Shown piece by piece: positions 50,775 to 59,741 of a stretch of DNA of 64,000 nucleotides. The DNA comes from an uncultured Gammaproteobacteria bacterium (GTDB lineage: Bacteria > Patescibacteriota > Microgenomatia > Levybacterales > GWA1-39-11). A model generated the notes under the pieces. It was not told the DNA's origin. It worked only from the letters and a program-made list of their open reading frames with translations, and made no database searches. The stretch's first letter is position 1; each line of letters begins with the position of its first letter. The DNA lies in assembly GCA_964485575.1 (NCBI GenBank), contig CAZAJO010000001.1, forward strand, positions 59,602 through 123,601. Reading direction: 5' to 3'. The translations under genes and the position numbers were made by a program.

Positions 50775-51464
50775 CTACCGACCAGCTGGGGGATTTGTGT
50801 CATATTTATTCCCAAGAAAATCCATAGGCATATATCCGGTTTCACCAAAATCAGGCCCTATCTGGGAGTTTTGAAAAACTACTGAAACTTTGTATACCCT
50901 TTTTGATATTTCCTGATTTGCTTCATGGTCATACCCTATTGCATCCTCGGCCTCTCCAATTATCTTTACGACGTCACCATCAAATACTGCTACCTGGTCT
51001 GTTTCAGGATTTATATCAACAGTTAAACCCTGACGTAAAACAACACCAGGCCTTATTCTACTTGGATCATTCACATAGAAAAAGTCTTCAACTTGAGGAT
51101 CAAACTTTTCCCCATTCCCATCTAAGTATTCCTTCCCAAATTGTTTTTTTTGTCTTTCATAAGCATCCTTCAGGGGTTGATATTTGGGACTGTTCACTTC
51201 TTTAAGTTTCATCAACTCTCTTCTATATTGAGTTCCCCGGAACATATAGTCATAAATATAATATATTTTCTCACCATCTATAATTAAAGGGTACGATGGG
51301 GTAGGAGAAGGAGCTACTGCTTCATTAAGATTACTTGGATATTGGTTGTTAGTACCCTCAAAAAACCCGTCAGAAGCCAAACCTGCAACTGTTATGGCAA
51401 ACCCTGCTCCAATCCCACCAATTCCAACCCATTCTTTTTTCCCTAATCCAAGAAATTCTTTCAT
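50775..51464 (-). CDS. Hypothetical membrane-anchored protein (N-terminal TM, roughly 190-aa extracytoplasmic domain), co-operonic with murJ and lepA
   Basis: TM segment VGIGGIGAGFAITVAGLA. No recognised motif. Confidence 0.45.
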   Translation of the reverse strand: MKEFLGLGKKEWVGIGGIGAGFAITVAGLASDGFFEGTNNQYPSNLNEAVAPSPTPSYPLIIDGEKIYYIYDYMFRGTQYRRELMKLKEVNSPKYQPLKDAYERQKKQFGKEYLDGNGEKFDPQVEDFFYVNDPSRIRPGVVLRQGLTVDINPETDQVAVFDGDVVKIIGEAEDAIGYDHEANQEISKRVYKVSVVFQNSQIGPDFGETGYMPMDFLGNKYDTNPPAGR

Positions 51465-51502
51465 AATAAAACGTATTATATCTAAAAATATTGCTAAAAA
51501 AA

Positions 51503-53155
51503 CTAGGGGTTGAGTTTGGATCCGTCGAGGAGTTCGCTGATTTGTTTTATTATTTTGTCATGATACTTAAATTGTTTTATGACGGCAATAATATAGAAGG
51601 CTTCTTTGATATCTAATAACCAAGTGAAAAAGATGTAAGCGACAATTCCAGTTGTTGATGCTATCCCTGTTAAAATCAAAAGATTTATTGTTCTTGTTGT
51701 ATCAAAAACTAACTGATCCAAAAGCTTTATAGGAATATATAATGCTACTCCCATAACAAGCGTTGCTGTAAGAATTTTTAATGTAGTAATTACGATCTCA
51801 AGTTTTGGCAGGGTAATTTTTGCATTAAGGGTTATGAGCAAAAGTATGAAACTCATAATATTTCCTACTGTGAAAGAAACCCCAAGATAATAGACGGGGA
51901 GTTTTAAAAATAAAATAAAATAATAAGAAAGTGCGATATTTATGATCACCGAAAACAATGTGATGAAAAAAGGCGTCTGAGAATCTTTTAGCGCGAAAAA
52001 TGCTCTTGAAAAAAGGTAGATAGCGCTTTGGGCAGCTATTGATATCCCAAGAAGCGCCAAAGTAAGCCCAGTAGCAACAGTTGCGTCCCAATCAAAACGT
52101 GATGCTCCAAAGAATAACCTGACAATTGGTATCCTCAAAACAACAAGAAGCGCACTTATCGGAAGTGTAATATACATGATTTGGTTGAGAGAGCTTACAA
52201 AAATCGAAACAAATTCCTGAGGTTCTTTTGACTTAATGGAAAGTGATGGAAAGGAAGCCTGTGCGATAGATTGGCCAAAGAGAAGTACTGGGGCAAGCAT
52301 TAATGTTTGCGCTAACTCAAGAATTACAAGTCCACGGGCTGTCGTAAAGGAAGCAAAGAAAACGTTAGCAGTAATTGCAATCTGCGCAATGAGTAATGTT
52401 AAAGACCGTGGAACCATTAAGGCTGCGATTTTTCTCACTGCATAATCACGATGGAGAGTGAACCGAAAACGAAAACCAGTTCCTCGAAGTAATGGAAGTT
52501 GTGCTACAAAAAAGAAAAAAGCTCCGATAACTACACCAAAAGTCGCTCCGTATATACCCAGGTGAAAAATACCTGACAGAACCGTTATCCCAATTATTAT
52601 TCCGAGGTTGTATAAGGCAGATGCTATCCCCGGAACCAAAAAATGTTGAAAAGACTGCAAAACTCCAGAAAAGACAGTTCCTACTACAAAAAATACCTCA
52701 GATATTTGGATTATGATCATGAGATTTGCCATAAGTTCTATCTCACGGTCAGAAAATCCGGGAGCGACAGCGCGAGCTAAGGGATGGGCAAACAAAACGA
52801 TAAATATTGAGATCACAACAAAAACAAGAACACCATACGATAGAATTGCTGACGTAAATCTATTAGCCTCATCTTTTTTGTTCTGGGACACAAATTCAGA
52901 AAAAATAGGTATAAATGAGGTTGATAAGGCTCCAGTTATAAAAATCTGAAAAAGAAAATCCGGCACCCTAAATGATGCCAAAAATACTCCAAGATCACTT
53001 GATGCTCCGAATATGGCAACAAGAAGTCTATATTTGAAAAGTCCAAGAACTTGTCCAAAGATTGTTGTTGCTACAATAAAAAAAGCAGCAGTAAAAATAT
53101 TTGACTGCTTTAGTGTTAACGCTTGTAATCCCTTTTTAAAAATATCTTTTACCAT
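51503..53155 (-). CDS. murJ: Lipid II flippase MurJ (MviN)
   Basis: 14-TM polytopic protein. The N-terminal region IFTAAFFIVATTIFGQVLGLFKYRLLVAIFGASSDLGVFLASFRVPDFL matches the MurJ signature (..FG.....D.F..AFR.P). Confidence 0.85.
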   Translation of the reverse strand: MVKDIFKKGLQALTLKQSNIFTAAFFIVATTIFGQVLGLFKYRLLVAIFGASSDLGVFLASFRVPDFLFQIFITGALSTSFIPIFSEFVSQNKKDEANRFTSAILSYGVLVFVVISIFIVLFAHPLARAVAPGFSDREIELMANLMIIIQISEVFFVVGTVFSGVLQSFQHFLVPGIASALYNLGIIIGITVLSGIFHLGIYGATFGVVIGAFFFFVAQLPLLRGTGFRFRFTLHRDYAVRKIAALMVPRSLTLLIAQIAITANVFFASFTTARGLVILELAQTLMLAPVLLFGQSIAQASFPSLSIKSKEPQEFVSIFVSSLNQIMYITLPISALLVVLRIPIVRLFFGASRFDWDATVATGLTLALLGISIAAQSAIYLFSRAFFALKDSQTPFFITLFSVIINIALSYYFILFLKLPVYYLGVSFTVGNIMSFILLLITLNAKITLPKLEIVITTLKILTATLVMGVALYIPIKLLDQLVFDTTRTINLLILTGIASTTGIVAYIFFTWLLDIKEAFYIIAVIKQFKYHDKIIKQISELLDGSKLNP

Positions 53156-53193
53156 TGTTTGTTTATCAAATATTACTAAACAAACAATGTCGA

Positions 53194-53213
53194 AACATTA
53201 ATTTATTAATGTT
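53194..53213. promoter_or_regulatory. Perfect 9-bp inverted repeat (AACATTAAT-tt-ATTAATGTT) in the divergent murJ/rpsT intergenic region; candidate protein operator
   Basis: Read directly: aacattaatttattaatgtt, about 40 nt upstream of the murJ start. Confidence 0.35.
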
Positions 53214-53245
53214 GTCCCATTGTTTATTTTTTGAGGCTTCTTTTC

Positions 53246-53274
53246 TTGTAATTGGTCTTTATCCATGTTAGAAT
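53246..53274 (+). promoter_or_regulatory. Candidate sigma70 promoter for rpsT (TTGTAA, 17-nt spacer, TAGAAT)
   Basis: ttgtaattggtctttatccatgttagaat, 32 nt upstream of the rpsT ATG. Confidence 0.4.
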
Positions 53275-53306
53275 AACCAAGTTCCGAATACAATACATTT
53301 AAATTT

Positions 53307-53633
53307 ATGCCAGTAATTAAATCAGCAATTAAAAAATTACGACAAGATAAAAAAAGAGAGAAAGCAAATGATGCTCTTCGCGATTCTCTAAAAAATGCGG
53401 TGAGAAGCGCTAAAAAGACAAAAACAGGAAAGTCTGTTGCCAAAGCAGTTGCTATTATAGATAAAGCAGCAAAGCAAGGTATTGTTCATAATAATAAAGC
53501 GTCTCGCCTCAAATCTTCACTAAACAAACTTGCAAAACCAGTATCTGTTAAAAAAGTAGACGTAAAGGAGACTAAGACCGTTAAAAAAGCCGCTCCTAAG
53601 AAAAAAATAGCACCTAAAAAATCTTCTAAGTAA
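53307..53633 (+). CDS. rpsT: 30S ribosomal protein S20 with Lys-rich C-terminal extension
   Basis: MPVIKSAIKKLRQDKKREKANDALRDSLKNAVRSAKK parallels bacterial S20 (MANIKSAKKRA.Q.EKRR..N...RS..RT). Confidence 0.85.
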   Translation: MPVIKSAIKKLRQDKKREKANDALRDSLKNAVRSAKKTKTGKSVAKAVAIIDKAAKQGIVHNNKASRLKSSLNKLAKPVSVKKVDVKETKTVKKAAPKKKIAPKKSSK

Positions 53634-53734
53634 CTTCAGATCTAGCCTCATATTTTCCGTTTTTTGCTTTGACATTCCCTCATAAAAACTCTACACTGAG
53701 ATAAGTACCAGTGCAATTTACTGGCTTATTAGCT

Positions 53735-54310
53735 ATGGCAAAAAAAGCTGCTCCAAAAATAAATATCAACCTTAGCTCTGCGGGTAAAGCGACAGTCGGA
53801 AAAGTCGTTTATGGGTGGACTATTGATGCCGGACGCGCAATAATTGTTGGGATTGAGCTGATTGCACTAGCTGCCCTTGGATACCGCTTTGTTATTGATA
53901 GACAGATAGTGGATCTACATGATCAGATAAAAACACAGGAGGTCTATATTGCGGCACAAGCAAGTGATGAAAAAAAGTTCAGAAGCATACAAGAACGTCT
54001 CAAAAACATAAAAATTACAAATGAACAGACTGCGGCCAAAGTTCAGATCATGAATGAGATCCTAAAAGTAATATCCTCGGGAACATTTTTTGCCACTAAT
54101 CTATCTATCAATAACAATAGTATTCTCGTTGATGGAAGTACTTTTTCTATATATACGCTCACCGATTTTCTTAACAATCTAAAGAAATTTCCATCAGTCT
54201 CTGCCATCTCTATCGATGAGATCAACACGGCTGATGAGGGTGTAAGATTTAAAACACGTATTGATATTAAAGACATAGCGCCAACACCAAAACAATCTAA
54301 AAGTAAATAA
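53735..54310 (+). CDS. PilN-like type IV pilus assembly protein (short cytoplasmic N-terminus, one TM, periplasmic domain)
   Basis: MAKKAAPKININLSS (PilN-type INLLP-like start), TM GRAIIVGIELIALAALGY, a coiled-coil segment and then a mixed alpha/beta region. The ORF track start at 53711 is a GTG. Confidence 0.45.
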   Translation: MAKKAAPKININLSSAGKATVGKVVYGWTIDAGRAIIVGIELIALAALGYRFVIDRQIVDLHDQIKTQEVYIAAQASDEKKFRSIQERLKNIKITNEQTAAKVQIMNEILKVISSGTFFATNLSINNNSILVDGSTFSIYTLTDFLNNLKKFPSVSAISIDEINTADEGVRFKTRIDIKDIAPTPKQSKSK

Positions 54311-54311
54311 T

Positions 54312-54935
54312 ATGTTTAAAGACAAAGACAAAATAAAAGCTGAGATAAAAGGCCTCATAGACAAAGGTAATGCGATGCTAAATGCCAGTCAGAATAAACA
54401 GCGAGTGACTGCATACCTTTATATTATTTTTTCTCTGTTTGCACTCTCTTTCTTTGGTATTTTTGCTATCGGACCTACCATTACAACAATCTCAAATCTC
54501 AACAAACAACTTGGAGAAGACAAATCTGCACTAAAGCAGCTTCAGGATAAAAATGCTGCTCTAAAATCGCTAAGCGCTTCTTATCTCGAGATCGAGCCTC
54601 AGCTTGATTTGATCGAAAATGCGATTCCCCAAAACTCAAAAGTTGCAGACATCTCAAGACAACTTGAGTTATTGACAATCAAACATAATCTAATCGTTCA
54701 AAAATTAGATAGTGGACTAATGGAATTATATCCAGCAAAAAATGCGAATAGCCCAATATTTTCTTTTTTGTTCTCTGTGGGGGTTAGCGGCAAGGAGCAG
54801 GATATCAATTCCTTCATCGGAGATCTAATCAATATGGGTAGAATTATTGGTATTGAAAAACTTACGACAGGAAAACAACAAAATAATCTCTTTTCAGCAT
54901 CAATAACCGGTCGTGCCTTTTTCTATCGTGAGTGA
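54312..54935 (+). CDS. PilO-like type IV pilus assembly protein (TM plus coiled coil plus periplasmic domain)
   Basis: TM TAYLYIIFSLFALSFFGIFAIGP. Coiled coil LNKQLGEDKSALKQLQDKNAALKSL. It follows the PilN-like gene with a 1-nt gap. Confidence 0.4.
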   Translation: MFKDKDKIKAEIKGLIDKGNAMLNASQNKQRVTAYLYIIFSLFALSFFGIFAIGPTITTISNLNKQLGEDKSALKQLQDKNAALKSLSASYLEIEPQLDLIENAIPQNSKVADISRQLELLTIKHNLIVQKLDSGLMELYPAKNANSPIFSFLFSVGVSGKEQDINSFIGDLINMGRIIGIEKLTTGKQQNNLFSASITGRAFFYRE

Positions 54936-55333
54936 ATACGTTCACGAATGATACGAGTGAGAAAAACGAACGAAGTATAAAGAATAACTTAAAATATATG
55001 TTAAAAAATCTATTACTACTAGCAGGTTTCAGCACATTTGTAGTCATCGTAATCATTGGGCTAAATATATTTCATGACCATGAAGTCTCTTCTTTGCCAT
55101 CTGCTACTCAAATTCATGTGACTGCCATCACCCCTAATTTTGATATTAAAACCCTAGAAGGTTTGAAAAAGAGATCTGCGGTCTCAGTAAGTCTCCAAGA
55201 AAAAAGCTCTGTTGTTTCTGAGGATTCAAAACAAACAACACTTCCAACACCCACAATTAGCCTGACTCCTGGTTCTGCAACTAAAAGTGCTGTTCCTGTG
55301 ACATCAGTTACCCCTTCAGTACTACAACCATAA
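54932..55333 (+). CDS. Hypothetical single-pass membrane protein with Ser/Thr-rich ectodomain
   Basis: TM LLLAGFSTFVVIVIIGLNIF. ATGA coupling to the upstream gene. Confidence 0.4.
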   Translation: MNTFTNDTSEKNERSIKNNLKYMLKNLLLLAGFSTFVVIVIIGLNIFHDHEVSSLPSATQIHVTAITPNFDIKTLEGLKKRSAVSVSLQEKSSVVSEDSKQTTLPTPTISLTPGSATKSAVPVTSVTPSVLQP

Positions 55334-55336
55334 TAT

Positions 55337-56770
55337 ATGAAAAAAGGCTTATTTAACAAAAGGATCCCAACGATGGTTGCCCTTATTATCCTGGTAGCAG
55401 TTATTGGAATCTCAACATATTTGATTCAAAAAGGTGTTTTCTATGTTGGAAAAGCAGCACCAGATACACAACCACAAAACTTATCCATAAATAACGTCAC
55501 TGATACTTCATTTACTGTTGTCTTTACTACAGCTGGTCTTACTGATTCTGTTCTTAGCATGAATGACGCGAATATCGGTAATTCAATAACTTTCGATGAC
55601 CGGGATAAAAAGACTGGAACACATAATAAATATTACTCTCATCATATTACTGTTCCGAATTTATCTCCCAACTCATCGTACACATTTAAATTAATTGTCG
55701 GAGGAAAGGAATATCTCAGTAGTGCTTATTCTGTCAAAACAGGAGGGCAAATAGATACTTCACCACCGGCACAAAATCCAATCTTCGGAAAAGTTATTCT
55801 TCCCGATGGAACACCTGGTTCCGACTCGATTGTAGTTGTCAAAACTGCTGGGGCTGGTCAGGCATCAGCTATAACTGATGCAAAAGGTGAATTCATAATT
55901 CCAACTAACTCTATCCGAGACATAAAAGGACTTGCCTACATACTGCTTGTTGACGATTCAGCAATCACAATAACCGCGTACAGGCAGTTGATGAGCGCAA
56001 CCGTCTCAACGAATTTTAAAGTTGCACAAAATCTCCCGCCAATAACATTACTACAACAATACGTATTTACCCAAGGGGAAGAAGAGACATCAACCATGAG
56101 CTCCCAACTCAATATCGCTTTACCTAAATCCAGTACAAAAACCGTCGATATAACTAGTCCAAAACAAGGGGAGTCTTTTGTCGATTTACGTCCTGAGTTC
56201 ACAGGCACCTCTTACCCCAACAGCAATGTTTCCCTTTCCATCCCTGGCCTATTACAACAAAAAATAATTGCAAATTCTGATGGCACCTGGGCATTTAAAT
56301 CCATAAACAATCTTCCGCAAGGAAAACTCACAATCACTGCCACTGGCACTGATCAGGATGGAAATAAAACTTCTGCTACAAGAACGTTTAGTATTTTCCA
56401 GCAGGGATCTCAAATAGCTGAGAGTGCAACCCCTTCTGCAAAGCCGACGATAAAACCTACGGCTACTCCCACTCCACGGGCAACAGCAACACCTACGTCA
56501 ACTCCTACACCGACACCAACTCAACCTGCAACTGTAACTCCTACCCCTTCAGGTATTTCCATAACACCAACAGCATCTCTCACACCTACTCCTTCACCAA
56601 TTCCCACACTAACTCCGACAGCAACTCCAACCCCATTGCCGACCATCTTTGCTACACCAACTAAGCTTCCCCCTATAGCAAGCCCTGGAGGAACCGAAAA
56701 TACGATTATGCTTACCGCATTTTCTATTATTCTTATCGTCGTTGGAACAGCTTTACTTTTTGCCCTTTAA
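55337..56770 (+). CDS. Surface protein: signal-anchor, Ig/FN3-like beta-sandwich domains, Thr/Pro linker and a C-terminal SPGG plus TM tail
   Basis: N-terminal TM VALIILVAVIGISTYLI. FN3-like segment LSINNVTDTSFTVVFTT...YTFKLIVGGKEY. Linker PTATPTPRATATPTSTPTPTPTQPATVTPTPSG. C-terminus IASPGGTENTIMLTAFSIILIVVGTALLFAL-stop. Confidence 0.6.
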   Translation: MKKGLFNKRIPTMVALIILVAVIGISTYLIQKGVFYVGKAAPDTQPQNLSINNVTDTSFTVVFTTAGLTDSVLSMNDANIGNSITFDDRDKKTGTHNKYYSHHITVPNLSPNSSYTFKLIVGGKEYLSSAYSVKTGGQIDTSPPAQNPIFGKVILPDGTPGSDSIVVVKTAGAGQASAITDAKGEFIIPTNSIRDIKGLAYILLVDDSAITITAYRQLMSATVSTNFKVAQNLPPITLLQQYVFTQGEEETSTMSSQLNIALPKSSTKTVDITSPKQGESFVDLRPEFTGTSYPNSNVSLSIPGLLQQKIIANSDGTWAFKSINNLPQGKLTITATGTDQDGNKTSATRTFSIFQQGSQIAESATPSAKPTIKPTATPTPRATATPTSTPTPTPTQPATVTPTPSGISITPTASLTPTPSPIPTLTPTATPTPLPTIFATPTKLPPIASPGGTENTIMLTAFSIILIVVGTALLFAL

Positions 56771-56819
56771 ATTTAAAGGTGCTTGTGTTATCAAGGTTTA
56801 TTAATTAATATTTGAAAAT

Positions 56820-58106
56820 ATGAAAATTGGAATTATCGGTGCTGGATTTAGCGGACTTGCAGCTGCATATTATCTACAAAAAAAGGGTCACTCCGTAGTT
56901 CTTTTCGAAAGAGATGAAAAACCCGGTGGACTAGCAATTGGATACAAAGAAGACGCATGGAATTGGACGCTTGAACAGCACTATCACCACTGGTTCACTA
57001 ATGATAAATTTATTCTTAATTTGGCACGTGAGATAGATCACAAAGTAATTATTAAACGTCCTAAAACAAGCTCTTTTGTCGAAGATAAAATCTTTCAACT
57101 TGACTCACCTCTTTCATTATTGAAATTTCCGAAACTTACACTTATTGCTAGACTTCGCATGGGTTTGTCACTGGCGGTTCTTCGCTATAATCCCTTCTGG
57201 AAACCCCTAGAAAAAGTGAAAGCTGAGCCATTCCTTAGGAAAATGATGGGAAAAACTGGATATCAAAAACTGTGGGAACCGCTGATGGTAAACAAACTTG
57301 GCAAATATTCATCGATTGTTTCGTTAGCTTGGTTTTGGGCAAGAGTTTATAAAAGGACACCAAGACTTGCGTATCCTGAAGGTGGCTTCTTGAAATTTGC
57401 TACCCATTTGGAAAATGTCATAAAACAAAAGGGAGGAGAATTTCATTACGGGACAGAAGTTTCCCAGCTAACAGTCGGTACCAAACCTTTAGTAAAATTC
57501 AAAAAGATCAATGGCACTAAAACCGAGAGTGAGACATTTGATGCAGTCATTGTTACAATCCCTTCTCCTCTTTTCATACGGATCACTCCACAATTGCCAA
57601 AAACGTACATTAAAAAATTACAAAAACTAAAAGGTATCGGCGCAATCAATCTAATACTTCGGTTGAAGGACTCTTTTTTCATGGATGGTACTTACTGGCT
57701 TAGTATGTGTGATTTAAAATCACCAATTCTTGCCATCGTTGAACATACCAATTTCATGCACAAAAAAAATTACAACAATGAGCACTTGGTGTATATCGGG
57801 AATTATATGGAAACTACCGATCCCCGTTTTTCCATGACTGAGAAAGAATTGCTAACACTATATGAACCATGGCTGAAAAAGATCAACCCAAATTACAAAA
57901 GGCAAATCTTAAACTACAAACTTTTCCGTGCACCATTTGCACAACCAATTATTCCTGTTAATTATTCAAAGGCTATTCCCCCTTTTGCAACTCCACTCAA
58001 GAACGTGTACCTAGCCAATATTCAACAAGTATATCCGTGGGATAGGGGAACTAATTATGCAGTCGAACTGGGTAAAAAGGTGACAGACTTTATCTCCCAC
58101 CCATGA
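56820..58106 (+). CDS. Rossmann-type FAD/NAD(P)-dependent oxidoreductase (amine-oxidase / protoporphyrinogen-oxidase / UDP-galactopyranose-mutase superfamily)
   Basis: KIGIIGAGFSGLAAAYYLQKKGHSVVLFERDEKPGGL: dinucleotide-binding GxGxxG followed by the (E/D)...GG motif typical of this flavoenzyme superfamily. Confidence 0.65.
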   Translation: MKIGIIGAGFSGLAAAYYLQKKGHSVVLFERDEKPGGLAIGYKEDAWNWTLEQHYHHWFTNDKFILNLAREIDHKVIIKRPKTSSFVEDKIFQLDSPLSLLKFPKLTLIARLRMGLSLAVLRYNPFWKPLEKVKAEPFLRKMMGKTGYQKLWEPLMVNKLGKYSSIVSLAWFWARVYKRTPRLAYPEGGFLKFATHLENVIKQKGGEFHYGTEVSQLTVGTKPLVKFKKINGTKTESETFDAVIVTIPSPLFIRITPQLPKTYIKKLQKLKGIGAINLILRLKDSFFMDGTYWLSMCDLKSPILAIVEHTNFMHKKNYNNEHLVYIGNYMETTDPRFSMTEKELLTLYEPWLKKINPNYKRQILNYKLFRAPFAQPIIPVNYSKAIPPFATPLKNVYLANIQQVYPWDRGTNYAVELGKKVTDFISHP

Positions 58107-59740
58107 CAACTCTAATTAAGATCTACTCAAAAAATCAAAAGATATTTTTTTTTGTAATACTTTTTATCGGGGTCCTATTGCGATTTTACAATTTGAATTG
58201 GGGAGCTCCATTCTATTTCCATCCTGACGAAAGACAAAATATTGCTTACCCAATTCAGGAATCTAAATCTTTGCTTTTAAGGGATCAGAAAAATTTTGAC
58301 ATAAATCCATTTCCTCTTATAGTCATTAAAAATACACATTCAATGATTTCTATGATATCAGGAAAAGTTACTAATCCAATTGAAAGCATAATAATGATAT
58401 CCAGATTCTACAGTGCTTTATTTTCAATTGTCATAAGCGTGCTCCTTTTTATTATTGGAAAAAGAATATGGAATTACACAGCAGGAATACTCGCATTCAC
58501 ACTAAGTATCTTTAGCACCGGACTCATACAATATGGTCACTTCGGTACCATTGAGATGTGGGAAGGAATGATATTGTTACTCATATTTTTTATAGGAGCC
58601 GAAATTTTAAAAACGAAAAGAATTTTTTATTTTCTTCTTCTGAGTGTCGTATTTGGGATAGGTATTGCAACAAAATTTCTAATATTAGCAGCAGCTCCAA
58701 TTGTGATAATACCATTTGTGCCATTGTTTTTTACTATTATTAAGAAAAGAGATAAAAAAAGCATTATCAAACTGTTCCGCGCTCTTTATCTTTTTACAAT
58801 AGGTTTTATATCAACTATCCTAGTTTTTTTTCCACAACTATTTCTTAATTTCAAACAAATTGAGGACAGTCTCAAATTTGAATCAACAGTAGCTACAGGA
58901 AAATTACCAGTCTTTTTTACTCAAGGTTTTACCAATACTACTCCTCTTGTATACCAGATAGAAAAAGTGCTACCTTTTCTCATAAATCCTGCGTTGCTCC
59001 TTTTAAGTTTTTATGGAATTGTTTACCTTTCATACAAGACAATAAGGGTAAAGGATGCATATCTCTTATTATTACTTCTTAGTTTTTTAATTCCATTCGT
59101 TTCTACGTCGCTGCTTTATGTTAAGTGGACAAGATATATGATTCCTGTCATTCCCTTTCTATATATCATCTGTTCAGTTTTTCTCCTTGACGCTCTAAAG
59201 AATATAAAAAACTTAGAAAAAAGAGTTGTGTTGTTAGTTATACCAATAGGGTTATCTATTCTATTTTCTATAAGCTTTTTCATTACTGTCTATTTGTCGC
59301 CTCACTCTGCAGTCAGCGCGAGTTCCTGGTTTCAAAATCATTATAAAAATGCAAAAAATGTAGTGAGTGAAAGCTACGATATTGGAATCACTCCCTTTAA
59401 CCCCTTAGCTAGGGTGATAAATTTCATTGATTTTTATAATATAGATACAGATGACAGGGTGAATGAGATGCTTGAGTCGAAGCTATCAACATCAGAATTT
59501 ATCATTCTCCCGAGTCAGAGAGTCCTCAAATCAAGAATGAACAATCCAACTGTTTTTCCACGCGGGTTTACTTTTTATAATAACCTACTCAATAACGAAG
59601 GAGATTTTAAATTAGTATACAAAACAGCATGTAACATTGTGTGTCAGATTGCATATATTGGTGATCCAATTTTTGACAATGAAGAAACGATAACAGTTTT
59701 TGACAGACCAATTGTTTTTATTTTCAAAAGAACAAAATGA
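58103..59740 (+). CDS. GT-C fold membrane glycosyltransferase (GT39/ArnT-like), paralog 1
   Basis: YNLNWGAPFYFHPDERQNIAYP loop-1 DE motif; 12 or more TM helices; C-terminal soluble domain. ATGA overlap with the oxidoreductase gene. Confidence 0.6.
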   Translation: MTTLIKIYSKNQKIFFFVILFIGVLLRFYNLNWGAPFYFHPDERQNIAYPIQESKSLLLRDQKNFDINPFPLIVIKNTHSMISMISGKVTNPIESIIMISRFYSALFSIVISVLLFIIGKRIWNYTAGILAFTLSIFSTGLIQYGHFGTIEMWEGMILLLIFFIGAEILKTKRIFYFLLLSVVFGIGIATKFLILAAAPIVIIPFVPLFFTIIKKRDKKSIIKLFRALYLFTIGFISTILVFFPQLFLNFKQIEDSLKFESTVATGKLPVFFTQGFTNTTPLVYQIEKVLPFLINPALLLLSFYGIVYLSYKTIRVKDAYLLLLLLSFLIPFVSTSLLYVKWTRYMIPVIPFLYIICSVFLLDALKNIKNLEKRVVLLVIPIGLSILFSISFFITVYLSPHSAVSASSWFQNHYKNAKNVVSESYDIGITPFNPLARVINFIDFYNIDTDDRVNEMLESKLSTSEFIILPSQRVLKSRMNNPTVFPRGFTFYNNLLNNEGDFKLVYKTACNIVCQIAYIGDPIFDNEETITVFDRPIVFIFKRTK

Positions 59741-59741
59741 C

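Noticed and set aside
53198-53443. 81-aa minus-strand ORF overlapping the murJ/rpsT intergenic region and the rpsT 5' end
   Set aside because: It overlaps the clearly recognisable S20 gene and the promoter region, and has no features of its own.
56820-58106. Calling the flavoenzyme DprE1 or UDP-galactopyranose mutase specifically
   Set aside because: DprE1 is a VAO-fold FAD enzyme without an N-terminal GxGxxG Rossmann motif. The C-terminal UGM signature could not be recognised by eye. Only the superfamily is supportable.
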